Part shown: positions 38,847 to 52,946 of the stretch, one piece after another | Position numbering within the stretch: the stretch's first letter is position 1 | How the letters are laid out: each line of letters opens with the position of its first letter | Origin: Octopus sinensis | Lineage: Eukaryota | Assembly: GCF_006345805.1 (NCBI RefSeq) | Contig: NC_043010.1 | Coordinates: forward strand, 56,544,001 to 56,608,000 | Reading direction: 5' to 3' | DNA: 64,000 bases | Made by a program: the position numbers and the translations under genes | The notes under the pieces: model-generated | What the model was told of the DNA's origin: nothing | The model's input: only the letters and a program-made list of their open reading frames with translations | The model's database searches: none

Positions 38847-39143
38847 CATACACATGCATACATATATACGTACAGATACATAATCACATACATGCATACA
38901 TATATACGTACAGATACATAATCACATACATGCATACATATATACGTACAGATACATAATCACACACATGCATACATATATACGTACAGATACATAATCA
39001 CATACATGCATACATATATACGTACAGATACATAATCACACACATGCATACATATATACGTAGAGATACATAATCACACACATGCATACATATATACGTA
39101 CAGATACATAATCACATACATGCATACATATATACGTAGAGAT
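38847..39143. repeat. 38-bp minisatellite, about 7.5 copies
   Basis: Unit CACATACATGCATACATATATACGTACAGATACATAAT. Confidence 0.95.
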
Positions 39144-39149
39144 ATATGT

Positions 39150-40290
39150 ACAGGTGCCAGACGAGGCTGGCAAACGGCCACGATTGGATGGTGCTTTTTA
39201 CGTGCCATTGGCACAGAGGCCAAGCGAGGTTGGCAACAGTCATGTTCGGATGGTTCTCTTACGTGCCCCCAGCACTGGTATCACAGCTACAATTTCCATT
39301 GATGTTGATCGATTTTGATTCTGATTCTCACTTGCCTCAACAGGTCTTCACAAGTAGAGTTTTGTGTCCCAAGAAGGAAAAGTATGCATAAGTGGACCGG
39401 CTACATCCCAGGTAGAGGCCACGGGTTATGGTCTCACTAGTCCTGCCGGGTCTTCTCACGCACAGTATACTTCCAAAGGTCTCGGTCTCTAGTCATTTCC
39501 TCGGTGAGACCTAAAGTTCGAAGGTCGTGCTTCACCACCTCGTCCCAGGTTTTCCTGGGTCTACCTCTTCCACAGGTTCCCTCAACCACTAGAGTGTGGC
39601 ACTTTTTCACACAACTATCTTCATCCATTCTCGCCACATGACCATACCAGCGCAAACGTCTCTCTTGCACACCACAACTGATGCTTCTTAGGTCCAACTT
39701 TTCTCTCAAGGTACTTACACTCTGTCGAGTATGAACACTGCATCCTCATTTAGCGCAAGTGAACCATCATCCATGCAAACACATTTCCCTCCTACCACAT
39801 CACGATTCTCTCTCACAGACTGTCTTGCAACACGAAATACCTCAAGTCTTTGGTCCTCACGGCACAGAACATTGGCAAATTTTTTCTTATCTGCTTCCCC
39901 TCTGGTTAAATACACCTGCCTCCTAGCTTCCCTTCTGGCAGTCTGATACACTTCCCCAAGGATGTAGTCGATTTGGCTAGTATGTCAGCCCGATCGGTAG
40001 GTGACTAGGTGGTTGGTAGGTTTCCTGAAGTTAGTATTGCAGACCACAAGATCATTTGCATCACAGAACTCCAGCAGCCTGGTTCCCTCCTCATTGCGGG
40101 AGCCGTAGCCATAGCCTCCATGTACACCATGGAAGCCGCCAGCATGTTGTCCAACATGCCCATTGAAGTCACCAGCCATAAAGAGAAGGTCCCTGTCATT
40201 CGTCGAGGAGGTAGTCTGCAGTAGGGTGTCATAGAATCGGTCTTTCTGTCCATCAGGTAGCCCTGGCTGAGAAGGCGGGTGCCCCGCAAA
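39150..40290 (-). mobile_element. RTE LINE, internally deleted copy (APE endonuclease fragment, linker, C-terminus, part of 3' UTR)
   Basis: AGDFNGHVG...NEEGTRLLEFC...CNTNFRK (APE). RT core is missing at a junction near 39741; the rest matches the 12.3-14.6 kb copy closely. Confidence 0.92.
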
Positions 40291-41856
40291 AACTAGCAGC
40301 CATGAAGGGGTGCCTCTCGAGGAACTATAGAATTATATATATTTAACACAAGGCGCATATATATATATATATATATACATAGAATCACACACACACAATG
40401 CGAGGATGTTAGAGTTTCACACAATACATGTGAGAAAAACAAATGTATATAAAGAATACAAAACGAAAACCAAAAACAATGAGCAACAATTATCATCATC
40501 ATCATCATCATCAGTTATACTTTGTTGTTTGTACAAAGACAAAACTGCCAACCTCCATTATGGTAACATCTTTTACACACCAAACGATAAAGAAACAATT
40601 TGCAAATTATACATAGTAATAACAATAATAATAATAATCCTTTCTACAATAGGCACGAGGCCAGGAATTTGTGGGGAGGGGGACAGTCGATTACGTCAAC
40701 CCCAGTGTTTCACTGGTACTTAATTTATCGACTCCAAAAGCACAAAAGGCAAAGTCGACCTTGGTGGAATTTGAACTCAGAACACGAAGACAGATGAAAT
40801 GCCACTAAGCATTTCGCCCAGTATTCTAACAACTCTGCCAGCTCACTGTCTTAATAGTAGTAGTAGTAGTAGTAGTAGTAGCAGTAGTAGTAATTCTTTC
40901 TACTAGAGGCACAAGGCCTGAAATTTTGGGGGTAGGGGGCCAGTCAATTAGATCGACCCCAGTGCACAACTGGTATTTAATTTATTGACCACAAAAGGAT
41001 GAAAGGGAAAGTTGACCTTGGTGGAATGATGAGTTTGGCTGGGTGTCTCAAACTACTGTGTTTTTAGGGGTGGATTGTGGGTGGGGTGTGCTAAACCCAG
41101 CAGTCATAGAATCCCTGTGGGGTACAACAGGGACCTCAGGTACTAATAACTTTGGAAAACTTAATTGTTAGAATCATGCCAGAGAAATTCTATAATTAAT
41201 GGAGTGTCTGTAGTGAGGCGTAGCACAAATTGACATTGGCAGTACTTGGTTGGTCCTTACTTCATCAAACCCAGAGGAATGAAAGTCAGAATGTAAAAGG
41301 ACGTTTGTCAACACAGATCTACTCTCTGTACTACCCAACCACCCTTAATAAACAATATAGAAAATTATGTCATATTGATTCTACTGGAGTACACATCTGT
41401 GGAATACTCAGCCACTTGCCTGTTGAGTGAAGTGAGAATTCTGTTGAAGACAAAAGAGTCCGCCACTGGCACTGTGCCACATTTGTAGGTGAAGGTTGTA
41501 GAATTGTGCCACATTATATTACTGCTATTTACTTCTACATTGAACCCTGAGTGGGGAAAGAATAAACATCAGCTGTGGCAGGATTTGATCCAAGTTGAAA
41601 AAACAATCCAGAGTTAATGGCTTCTGACTTTGAAATGAAGTGTGGGGGGGCAGAGTGGGGTAAAGTCAGTTGGAGTGACCTCAGTATATGTCTGGTATTT
41701 TAGTGGTGCTGTATGGATGGAATGCTAAGTCAACCTTGGTGAGATTTGAACACAGGTGTAACTAATTACACACACACATCCACACACCTTTTCTCTCTGT
41801 CTCTCCATATTGCTATGTTCTCACTAGTAACTCTAAATTTCTCTCTTCCTTCCCAG

Positions 41857-41933
41857 ATTCTACCCAATCAATCAGATTAAGCAACTACCATTTGCAGGAT
41901 AAAGAAAAATACAAGTGTTGCTTGACCTCTTGA
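41857..41933 (+). CDS. RAB24: Rab24 terminal exon (D-STQSIRLSNYHLQDKEKYKCCLTS*)
   Basis: Strong acceptor ctctcttccttcccAG; phase 1 matches; ends in a CCXXX prenylation-type motif. Confidence 0.85.
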
Positions 41934-44900
41934 CCTCACAGTACTCACCACCTGACCACTGGCTATTCCAGCTGAACAATGGCTATTACCTTGGACGACC
42001 AACTGTCTTGCATTTTTCTGTTAACTGTTCCTATACTTTGAGGGGTAGACTCACCCACAGTAACACCACCCCCAGGCCGTTGGGTGCCTTGGACAGAGTC
42101 CACTCTGTCGTAAATATTCGGGCCAGTTGCCTATAACTCCTTGCCCCAGTTTCTGGGACCATCAAAACAGTCGTGGCCCCTACACTTTTTTCTCTTCTCA
42201 CTTTCAAGCAAAAAAAAAAAAACGAAAAACAAAATACAACTCCTTTATTTCTTTCTGACATTTTGTAAAGAGAATTTTTCCAATCAATATTTTGAATGTG
42301 ATTACGTGATATATTGATTAACTTTGGTCAAACAGGGCAGGGGAGGGGTTGGTAACAGTTGTGATTGTATGACAAACAACTGTTGAAATAATTCGCTTAT
42401 TGGTTTCAGTCATCCAGTTGTGGCCATACTGGTGCACTAATATACCCAAAACATTGGGTATATTAGTCCTGTCAGTTGAACCAAGGACAATGGTAAGGTA
42501 TTTGGCCAGTGGTCAGTATCAATTTGGTCTGGGGTTTGTGATACAGTGGGCAACACCAGAGTCACTAATGACTATAGCACACATGATAAATTAGCATGTG
42601 TGTGTGAGGCACTAATGACTTCTAGGTGACTGATAAATTATGATGTATGTGCGTATACACATTTAGATATGTATATCTATGTGTGTATATTTATGTGTAT
42701 GTGTGTGTGACTATAAAAATTTGTCCAAGTGTTGTTTGATAAACATATTTGATTAAACAATTGCAAACAGATCCACTCAAATATCAATTAAGCAATAATT
42801 GACAAAACTTTAATCAACTCACAAACTGATCATAATTAAGTTTATTTATTACTAAATAGACTAATTACAATCTGAGTAACTTCTTTAAAGACACATGTAA
42901 TCTGAAATGTTTAAATTAATATTTTGTGGGTGGAATTTGGTGGAAGAAAATGTGTGTGTGTGTGTGACAGTATGGTGTTGAGGTTATGCCTGAAGTTATT
43001 TCCCATCATTTCAAATGCTAAATCAAATTCATTGAAGATTAATAAAATATGGATTTGACTGAAATAATGTCGTGGAGTGAATATCATTGACTAAAAAACC
43101 CTTAAAGGTATTGCCCCATTGTAGCCACAGGCCATTGATTGAAACCAGTAAAAATATAAATCTCTATAATTTCTGATTAATAAAAACTTTGAATACTCGA
43201 AATCTGATGATGTTTGAGTCTCTTCTTTTTTTTCATCTCACATCTCCCTACTAAACCCAAAAACTACCACTATGTGTTACATTTCCCCTTAAATCTAACA
43301 ACTTATAGAATCCAAGTAAGGCACCGCATTACAACATTAACCAGCTATATATGACAATTAAATGTGGAAGGAATTCTGTACAAAATTAATTGGAAACTCC
43401 TGGGACGCACCTGAACGGAAGTTGGTGGTGCAAAATTTCTTTGGCTGAAAGGAGAATATTATCGTTTAGCGTCCGCTTTCCATGCTAGCATGGGTTGGAT
43501 GGTGCAACAGGGGTCTGGGAAGCCAGAAGGCTGCACCAGGCCCAGTCTGATCTGGCAATGTTTCTACGGCTGGATGCCCTTCCTAACGCCAACCACTCCG
43601 TGAGTGTAGTGGGTGCTTTTTACGTGCCACCGGCACAGGTGCCAGACGAGGCTGGCAAACGGCCACGATCGGATGGTGCTTTTTACGTGCCACCTGCACG
43701 GAGGCCAGGTGAGGCTGTGAAAAATTTGCATGATCAAGGTGCCTTCCTGAATAAAAAAGCTGAAACTGTTAGTTAAAACCCTCATGACAGGAAATACATC
43801 TGGGCAACGTGGTCTTCTCCATTTTCAGACAAGAAAATGGAAAACCCTATCTGCAGGCACAACTGATAGTGTACAATGGGAGGTAACTGTTCCTTCCCAG
43901 AAATGTTATATGAACTCATTTTGCTTCATTATCATCACCAAGTAAACCAGCATTAAAGAAGCTTTGTGTTTGCAGCCAGCAGGTCTGAAGCGGTGTCAAT
44001 ATTGCCACGTGCAATGTTACGTGTGAAACTAATTCTTTTGTCTCAGTCATTTGACTGTGGCCAGGCTGGAGCACCACCTTTAGTTGAGTAAATCAACACC
44101 AGGACTTATTCTTTGTAAGCCTAGTACTTATGTTAGTCTCTTTTGCCAAACTGTTAAGTTATGGGAACATAAACACACCAGTATTGGTTGTCAAGCAATG
44201 TTGTGGGGGACAAACCAGGAACTTTTCAGCACCCTCTTGTATTTAACATAAAGGAAAAGAGATTTGGAATCCAGACAGATACCTTATTAGTGCCATGATA
44301 CAATCCAGTTCTGGCTAACCACATTGAAAGACAGGGAACATTCAGAATTGTTTAGGATAAAGAATTGAACTCTCTTTCACTCAATAAGTAAATCCTTTGT
44401 TCTCTTCACTGGGTTTCATTCAGCATACAGAGTAACAGAATCAGGACATCACAAAGATGAAGGGAGAATTAGACATCTTCAAAATTTCTTTATTTATTAC
44501 AGAGGTAATGATGGATGACCAAGACCTCTGGCAACATGCTGTGCTTGAGAAGGAAACCCATCAAACCAAGTGAAATCGTAGCTATAGCAGATACTGGTGT
44601 CATGCAACTGGCATGTAAAAGCACCCATTACACATTCAGAGGGGTTGATGTTGGGAAGGGCATCCAGCGAAGGAAGCCATGCCAAATCAGACTGGAGTCT
44701 GGTGCAGACCCTCAGCTTACCAGCTTTGGTCACATCATCCAACTTATGCCATCATGGACAACAGGCATTAAGTGAAGATGATGATGATGATATTCCCATT
44801 AGATTCCAATCCGACACGTGTTTCTGTTGCATAATTGCCCTGATGTCCTTTGATGTAGCATTTAAGTGCATTTAGTTGGTTCCGTTGCAATACATATTCT

Positions 44901-45613
44901 TCCAGGGAAGACATTCCTACACAGCTTTTGTTCAAGGTTTTACCCATGCAGCCGGGTGGACTTTGCTTCATCCACCCGCACGAGTAAAACTGAAGATTTA
45001 CATATTAAGGAAAGTATCGTGTGTCTGTATGTGTGTGTCTGTGTGTATGTGTGTGTGTGTATAAGCAGTCTGTGTATGATACTTAAAACAACTTCCTCAT
45101 TGAAAGTATTCTAAACTGTGATGTCTGGAGAAAGCAACTCCAATAGAGTTATACAGTTGAAAAAGAACCCCCAGAAATTTATGAGAATCAGACAAAAAGT
45201 GTTCAGCAGGGATGGGAACATTGCTAAATATATATGTCTGCCTCTTTGGGCTTCATCAGTAACAAGTTTCCACTGGTGTTGCACACTAAAACAAAAAAAA
45301 CATCTGCTATTAATATAGAAAAACAGTGATTGAAAAGTCACTGGTGTTGCAATTAGCCAAGAAGCTGAATGAAACTTTATTAGTGAAAGACGTAGAATTA
45401 GTCTAAAATAGCAAAAGTAATAATAATAATAATAATAATCCTTTCTACAATAGACATAAAGCAGGGGATAAGTTGATTACATCAACCCTGGTGTTTCACT
45501 GGGACATATTTTATCGATCCCAAAAGGATGAAAAGCAAAATTTGAACTCAGAACATATGAAAGGCTGCTAAATATTTTGCCCAGGGGGATAATGATTCTG
45601 CCAGCTGGCCACC

Positions 45614-45648
<35 letters not shown>

Positions 45649-45649
<1 letters not shown>

Positions 45650-48593
45650 TGCATCCACAAAAATCTCAATGATTCTGTGTGGTAAAAAGATTAGAAAACG
45701 GCAACATTCCCCCCAAAAGCCTACTTGGCAAGAGCATATTCAACACCAAATTCAGCTACTTGGGTCTGACATAGAATGTTTAAGAAACCTTAAGTTTGAT
45801 AAGACTATCAAACCAACAAAAACACGAAAATTAAAGAAAAAAATATACTATGAAAACCATACTTGACATTGATACCACCATAGAAACTATCAAGCAAAAG
45901 GTATGTGCTAAAGCTGCCCACATATGAAAAGCACGTCAGATTCTTCAAGGACAACGACATGTTCAAAAGTAGATCAAAATCTTTTCACAGGAAGATAAGG
46001 AAAATACCAGTTACAGTAAAGTCTGTCCCATCAAAAGAAGAAGTGCAGGGATTTTGGAATAAAATTTGGGCAGAAGCAAAAAATGCACAATGAAAAGGCC
46101 CCTTGGATTGATGGAATATATACAGAGCAAAAATAGGAGGGTATCAAGGTAGAGGATGTAAGATCTGCTCTCAGGAAGTCAAGCAAATGGAAATCTCCAG
46201 GAAAGGATAAAATTCCTAACTTCTGGTTGAATGCGTTCCCAGAGAGCCATGAACTGATAACAGAACTTTACAACTTTTGCAACAACTTAGTATGATTCTC
46301 TCTTGACTAGTTAATGGTGTTACATTCCTATTTCTGAAAAATGAAGAAACAAATGAACCAAAAACCTGCTTAACAACAATGTATAATACTAACATCTGTC
46401 TTGACTGAATATATCAATAGTTTTTTAATAGAAAGTGGCATATTCCCTTATGAGCAAAAAGGATGTAAATGTGGATCCTGTGGTTGTAAAGACCAACTAC
46501 TCATCAATAAGATAATCTTGGAAGATTGTCACAAATGATACAAAATTTTGTCGATAGCCTGGATAGACTATAAAAAGGCTTTTGATAGTCTACAACATGG
46601 CAGGAATAAGAAATGTCTGGAAATGTATAAAATAGCACCTACTCTGTGAAACTTTTTGTCTGTAAGTATGAGATCATGGAGAACCACACTAACTTTGAGC
46701 AGTGACAATGAATCTCTTAATGCTGGAGATGTAAGAATTTCATGTGGCATTTTCCAGGGTGACTCTCTCTGTCACTATTCCTTTTTTGTCTAGCCTTAAT
46801 ACCTCACTTGAAATTGCTCAATGATGTACAATATGGCTATAAAATGTTTAATAAAAATATAAATCATCTCATTTACATGGATGAATTAAAGCTCTTTGCA
46901 AAAGAGGACCAACAACTCAAGGGCTTACTAGCGATTGTTAAACAATTCAGTGATGACATCAGGATGCAATTTGGCCTCGATAAATGTGCAAAAGCTACCT
47001 TTATCAAAGGAAAAATGACAGAAACATCTAATGTTAATCTTAACCACAGCATGTCATAAAGGAATTAGAACCAGCGGGGAGCTACAAATACCTAGGGGTA
47101 TTTGAAGGGGACGGAATCAAACATGCAGTGATGAGGGAAAGGATCAGAAGAGAATGTTATCGCAGGGTAAGAGCAATACTTAAAACAGAGTTGAATGCAA
47201 GAAACAGGATCGAAGCGATCAATACTTTAGCCATACCGATCGTGACTTACAGTTTCAATATCATTAACTGGTCAATTACTGAAATATGTAATCTTGACAG
47301 AAAAATACGAAAACTGTTGACAATGCATAGAATGCACCACCCTAAGGCAGATATAGAACGATTTTACCTGCCGAGAAAAGAGGGTGGTCGTGTACTTTTA
47401 CAACTGTAATTTACAATGGAGGTTGCCACAGTTGACCTAGACACCTACCTGAAAAACTCTGGGGACTGGATGTTAAAACTTGTCTCAATGCCTGGAAACA
47501 AGAAAGCATCAAATTCAGTAACACAACAGGCAGAGGAATATTTTAGTGAATTCCAGATACAACAAATCCCAGAATTAGACGTACTAGAAGCAAGTACAGA
47601 AAAAACTAAGCGTATGAAAACCCGTGCTAAAACTGCTACTTTAGATATTCTTACTGATAAATGGCAAGGAAAACCTCTCAATGACAAATACCCAAAGAGA
47701 GCTAATAATGCCGATGTTGACAAAGCCCTGACCCATCTAAAGTTAGCTTCTTCTGGCTTAAAATCAGAAACAGAAGGGTTTATCATAGCAGCCCAAGACA
47801 AAGGACCTACAAAGGACAACCAGGCCAATATATTAAAGAACGGCAGCTTCCCAACATGTTGTGTATGTAAACAGCAAAATGAAACCATTGATCATGTTGT
47901 CTCCATTGGCAGTCTTCTTGCGCCTACAAAATATCTCAACAGGCATGATAGAGCAGCTGAATAGATTCACTGGATAATTTGCAAAAACCTGGACTTGCCC
48001 CATGATAAAAACTGGTGGGAACACAAACCAACTCCAGTGCTTCAAAATGACCACATCTCACTCCTCTGGAACTGACCGAAAGATACATGCAGATAGCCCA
48101 GACATTATGTTGAAAGACTTCAGACAAAAACCATGCCTCCTCATTGATATGACTGTCCCAATCAACATAAACATATCTGTCAAGACCTACCAAAAACTGA
48201 GCAAGTATAAAGATCTTGAAATAGAAATTGGCAAAATGTGGAACCTCAAGGCTAAAACAATACTTGTCATAGGTGCTCTAGGAATGATAGCAAAAGGGGC
48301 TGATTGCTACCTAGCTCAGATACCAGGAAACCCCAAAATGGCATAAATTCAAAAGATAGGGCTCATGGGAACTCCCTATATCCTACATAAAATACTGTCT
48401 ATGTAATCTCAAACTTTAAAACAAACACATAATTTTCTTATGGTCTCTTAAACATTCTCTAGAGCTATACTATGTGCAAAGCCAAATGTCACTCTAGACA
48501 TAACACCAACATGAACTTCTAACTTGTTTTCTCTTGAGGTCTCTGGTTGAACCTTGGAGTCAACTTGTACAAATACATAGCAAAAGTCAAACA
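45649..48593 (+). mobile_element. R4/Dong-clade non-LTR retrotransposon (RT, CCHC, restriction-like endonuclease), decayed, flanked by (TAA)n
   Basis: Fragmented ORFs: FWNKIW, SPGKDKIPNFWL, WIDYKKAFDS, GIFQGDSLS, HLIYMDELKLF, FGLDKCA, CCVCKQQNETIDHVV, RHD, PDIMLKD...LLIDMTVP...KLSKYKDL. Confidence 0.88.
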
Positions 48594-49627
48594 AATAATA
48601 ATAATAATAGTTTCAAATTTTGGCACAAGGCCAGCAGTTTCCAGGGAGGGTATGAGTCGAAATACATCGACTCCAGAAAGGATGAAAGATAAAATCGACC
48701 ATAGCGGAATTTGAACTCGGAATTTAAAGGCAGACAAGCTCTGCATTCTTAATGCAAATATGGTAAAACTCTTATATATGTAATATGACATGAAAAAATT
48801 CCATTTACTGCGATTATCGTTGCAATAAGTACGCATAAACTCCCGCAGGAGATTTAAAAATCTAAAATCGAGGGGGAGATAACTCTAATGAGATGCTCGT
48901 CAATGTCCACTTTTGACGGAATCAGTTGACGCAGATTATCTATCGTTTGGATACCCCTCCTGTTTCCCATGGCTAGACATGCTTTCCACGGAAGGTTGGA
49001 AACAGACAACTTCACTTGTGTGACGGAGATGCTCATATCCAAGCCTACACACAAACACGGTATTGACTTGTAAGTGCTATGGTTAAGACCTTCCAGTCAT
49101 GACCGTTTGTATATGAGAAACAACGTTGTCTGAATTCTTCTTCGCGAAAGACGGTTGGGCTGTGATTTGAGGGAGACTTTATTGTTATTTCTAGCGGGTA
49201 AGCACACCACGGGTTGTATAGGCTGCTACAACCTCCCCCCCCCCATTCCCACCATCCAGTCGACAGAAGAGCGACAATTATTGGAACTCTTCAGTGAAAG
49301 GAGAACAGTTATGTCGCTTTTACCCAGAATGCAGCACGTGTGACCCTCAAACAATGAAGTCCTTCCTGTCGTTTTCCTTCAATTATTTTTTATTTCCAGC
49401 GACCTTCCATTAGTGACCACCCCTACTGACACTCTGATCCCACCATGGGCCACTGTACATAACCATTCACCCTCCCACAGCCTCACACTCCGCCCTCCTT
49501 CCATTTTTAGTCTCTAATTTACCGCCGAAATCTTATTTCAATTTCTCCCTCCAAATAATTCCAGTTTCTTCAAACCCTAAAAACCCTTCCCCCCTCCTCT
49601 AACCGACTTCCACTCTTTCTGAGCTAC

Positions 49628-49634
49628 TATAAAT
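49628..49634 (+). promoter_or_regulatory. TATAAAT box 29 nt upstream of the TBP ATG
   Basis: Consensus match only; TSS unknown. Confidence 0.25.
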
Positions 49635-49656
49635 CCAGCCGTGACCACCACCAATA

Positions 49657-49710
49657 ATGGATCCATTAAATACTCACTACTTCACGACGGGACTCACACC
49701 TCAGTTACAG
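49657..49710 (+). CDS. TBP: TATA-binding protein, first coding exon (MDPLNTHYFTTGLTPQLQ)
   Basis: 54 nt, phase 0, CAG|GTAAAC donor; joins in frame to 52774. Length and phase match the vertebrate first coding exon as I recall it, and GLTPQ resembles the vertebrate N-terminal GLTPQP motif. Confidence 0.7.
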
Positions 49711-52700
49711 GTAAACTCCATTTCTTCCTCTCTCAGCTGTTCGATTTATTTACTTCAACACCTTAAAACCCGGCAACGGCCTCGATACCCACCGAAATAT
49801 CATCAAACATTCATCTTTGTCGTAATTAGCTTTAAAGAAACAAATTCCCTTTTGTTTTTACCATTTATATTAAACACATTCTACACCCTTCTGTTGCCTT
49901 TACAATTCGACATAGCTTTATATTGTTGTTAAATTTATTTTAATATAAGAGTCTTTTAACTATAATCATTTATCCTCCACACTTTTGTGAGAGAGGTCTC
50001 AGAGAAGGGGTCTAGTTTACAAGGAAATACAAGTTTTAGTTAACACGCTGCCTCCAATGCTTAATGGTGAAAAATGTTGCCAGTTTGCAGTGTTAATAAC
50101 TCTCGTCCATGGACCCAGAATCCAAAGAATCATTTAGTATGTCTTCATGTAAAATACTTGTGTAGCCCTCAACATTTCTGTTACAGCAAGCATTGGTCGC
50201 TGATATAGGACTCTTATTGTACTGGGACCCCTCTACTAGCATGGGTCACAACAGCCTCATTGACTGATTCAATGTTATCGATATATACACACATGTATGT
50301 ATATATAAATCTATGTACGTGTGTGTAGACATGTATTAACAACGATGGTCGGTTTGTCTACCTAAGACACAGTCTCATGAAGAAAGTCTGTTGATTAGCC
50401 CCAAGTCAACCCTAATTTAGTTGACCTATGGTCAAAGGCGTTCCCTCTGTGACCATACCATCTGTGGCTACATTATCCAACGTGACCTTCCAATTTGTAA
50501 GATGGCGTCATGTAAGTTGAGATTTAGCTACTATTTCTGGTAGATCACGCGACCAGTTAGAAAGCTGTTGCTGGTGGTGTGCTTGTTAATTAAACAGAAT
50601 TATAGCCAATGCGTTCCAGATATGACCATCCTGTCTTATTACACATTTCATATCACATTACAATATCTGTTGTGTCCTTCCGTGTTTGATAAAGACAGGA
50701 GGGTGGAATTCGAAAGAGATATTTTTGGCTGTTATTTCTAGTGAGTGGGGTGTGTCATACCTGGAACGTGTAGCACGCTGCAGCACTACATGGAGACAAA
50801 AAATGAGGGCACGAGCAGACAGACAAGAGGGTCAAAGGAGACAGTTCTTCGCTTCCGGTTCTGTTTTATATTTATAAGTCTAGTAGGTAGACCCATATTC
50901 AAAGACGTTCCAGCTGTGACCACCCCGCCTTTTATTCCTACATAATATATCTAGGACTACACTGCGATATCTTTAAGATATAGAATATGGTTGGAGACAG
51001 ATTTTAGGTGTTATTTCTAGCAAGTTGAGTATCCCTATAGAGGTACGCTCGTTGGTTTGTAAGTTGTAATAGTTATAAAGATTAAAGGATTGACCAGAGA
51101 TCAAGAAACCCCATAATTATTTTTGAGAGGGTCCAAGTAAGTGATGAGTACTTCCGCCGGTCACATAGTTGTCTTCCAGAAAACTCACTCCCCATGGTTG
51201 GTATTTCATATAAGAACTTCAATGTTTAAATTTACTAAACATTCATTAATTTAATTAGTCTGTCTTTAATTAATCCTTTTTACAACTCCAGCAACATTTT
51301 GTAATTGCTGACTGGCAAAAATTGAACCTGTCAACTGTGATAAGTTGCAGACTGGGGCCTCAGCTCGAAAATAAGGTTGAGAAGAGGACCAAGAATTTGG
51401 GAGACCAACAGCATAATTCTTAATATTTGTTAATTTTCTATATTGTAGCGATGCTCAACTGGCATGAAGTCCTTCACAAACACTCTGACCGCTGACCCCA
51501 CCCCCTCACATACGATGTATCCCCCTCTCTCTCTCTGTCTTTTTTTTACCACTACTTCAGTGGCTTCTACTCTTGGAGCCATGTCTACTAGCCATTCCAA
51601 ATTCATAGTTCCTTCTGTTCCCAGCCCACCAGGCCACACACTCGCCAATAATCCCAGTCCATCTTTCAAAGAATATTGGCCCTTTGCAATCCCCTCCCTG
51701 TCTGTGTTTTCTCCATAGCCATTGACTTGTAACAGTTCCCATGGAATGTTAACATCACTCTACTCTTCTCTCATGGGTACTGTCCCTTCCTTCACACCAA
51801 ATCAATAAAAAATACAACTTATCTATAGTTATAGGTCTCATCCTATAGCATGTTCCTTTAGACTTGTCCTATTAAATATTCCTATAATTATTGGCCTGTT
51901 GTTCTTGTGGTACAAACTACTGTTTCACACCCCATTTACACCTAAATCTTGTCCTATTGCAATAGAAATCTCTTGTAACTTGTGTCCCCTGTCACAAAGC
52001 CCATATTTTCACATTTCAAGTTAGCCAGGGACCCTATATGTCATCACTTAACATGCTAGAAATAGCAACCTAATCTCGTTTAAATCAAACCCTATAGTCT
52101 TATGTAAAGACAGGACGCATTGAATAATGTAGTCTTGTATGCTCCTGAACAGATGGGATGGTCATCACTGGAATGCCTTTTATTAGAAGTCTGCTTGATT
52201 AGACTTAACCTGGGGTGAACAACAACACTGAATGGGTGAGCCTCTATGTAGTTGCTTGGTCTGTTAGAAGTAGCAGCTAGAACATCACTAAACACTGTTT
52301 CACTCCTAACAGTCTAATCGGTCCATTTCTACCCATCACTGGAGACATTCTAGGTACACAACAGCAAAGACAGTCTTGCCTCCATCAATAGATCCACAAC
52401 TACATACACACTGTCCACCCATTCGTCCTTTTCTCCAGGCTGTGTGTCCATCCATGACCATAACCAAATCACATCATTCTTCTTCCTGTTGGCAATTGAG
52501 AGAACCATGTCCTAGATTGATGTCTCCCCAACAATTTCTTTCCTAATCCTTTCATTAATTCTCCTCTTCTGTCTTTGAAACACAAAACCTTTGTCTTCAA
52601 TATTTCCTTTCATACGCCATGGCCTTTGTGGTTCTCACTTCCACCATCCAACATTGTCAATTCACACCCATAAAATACACCTGAAATCCCTCTACTACTA

Positions 52701-52773
52701 CTACTACTACCACTACTACTACAGTCAGTCATGTTGTTTCTATCCTCAAATAACAATGGAGTTTCTTTTCCAG

Positions 52774-52946
52774 AGTCCGATGGTGTCTCCTGCTTTTAAT
52801 TTATCTTCGATTGGGTCATCACCAGTGATGCCAGGATCTAATTCCAGTGTCTACCCACAGCCAACATCGGCCACTGGGGCCCCTATGACACCAATGACTC
52901 CTGCTACACCAACATCAGAAGGATCAGGCATAACACCTCAATTACA
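52774..52946 (+). CDS. TBP: TBP coding exon 2 (SPMVSPAFNLSSIG...PMTPMTPATPTSEGSGITPQL)
   Basis: tttcttttccAG acceptor and ca|GTGAGT donor; PMTP repeats immediately before the core; no polyQ tract. Confidence 0.92.

Noticed and set aside
52756-52773. Alternative TBP start MEFLFQ upstream of exon 2
   Set aside because: The segment is a textbook polypyrimidine tract plus CAG acceptor, and a matching phase-0 upstream exon exists at 49657-49710.
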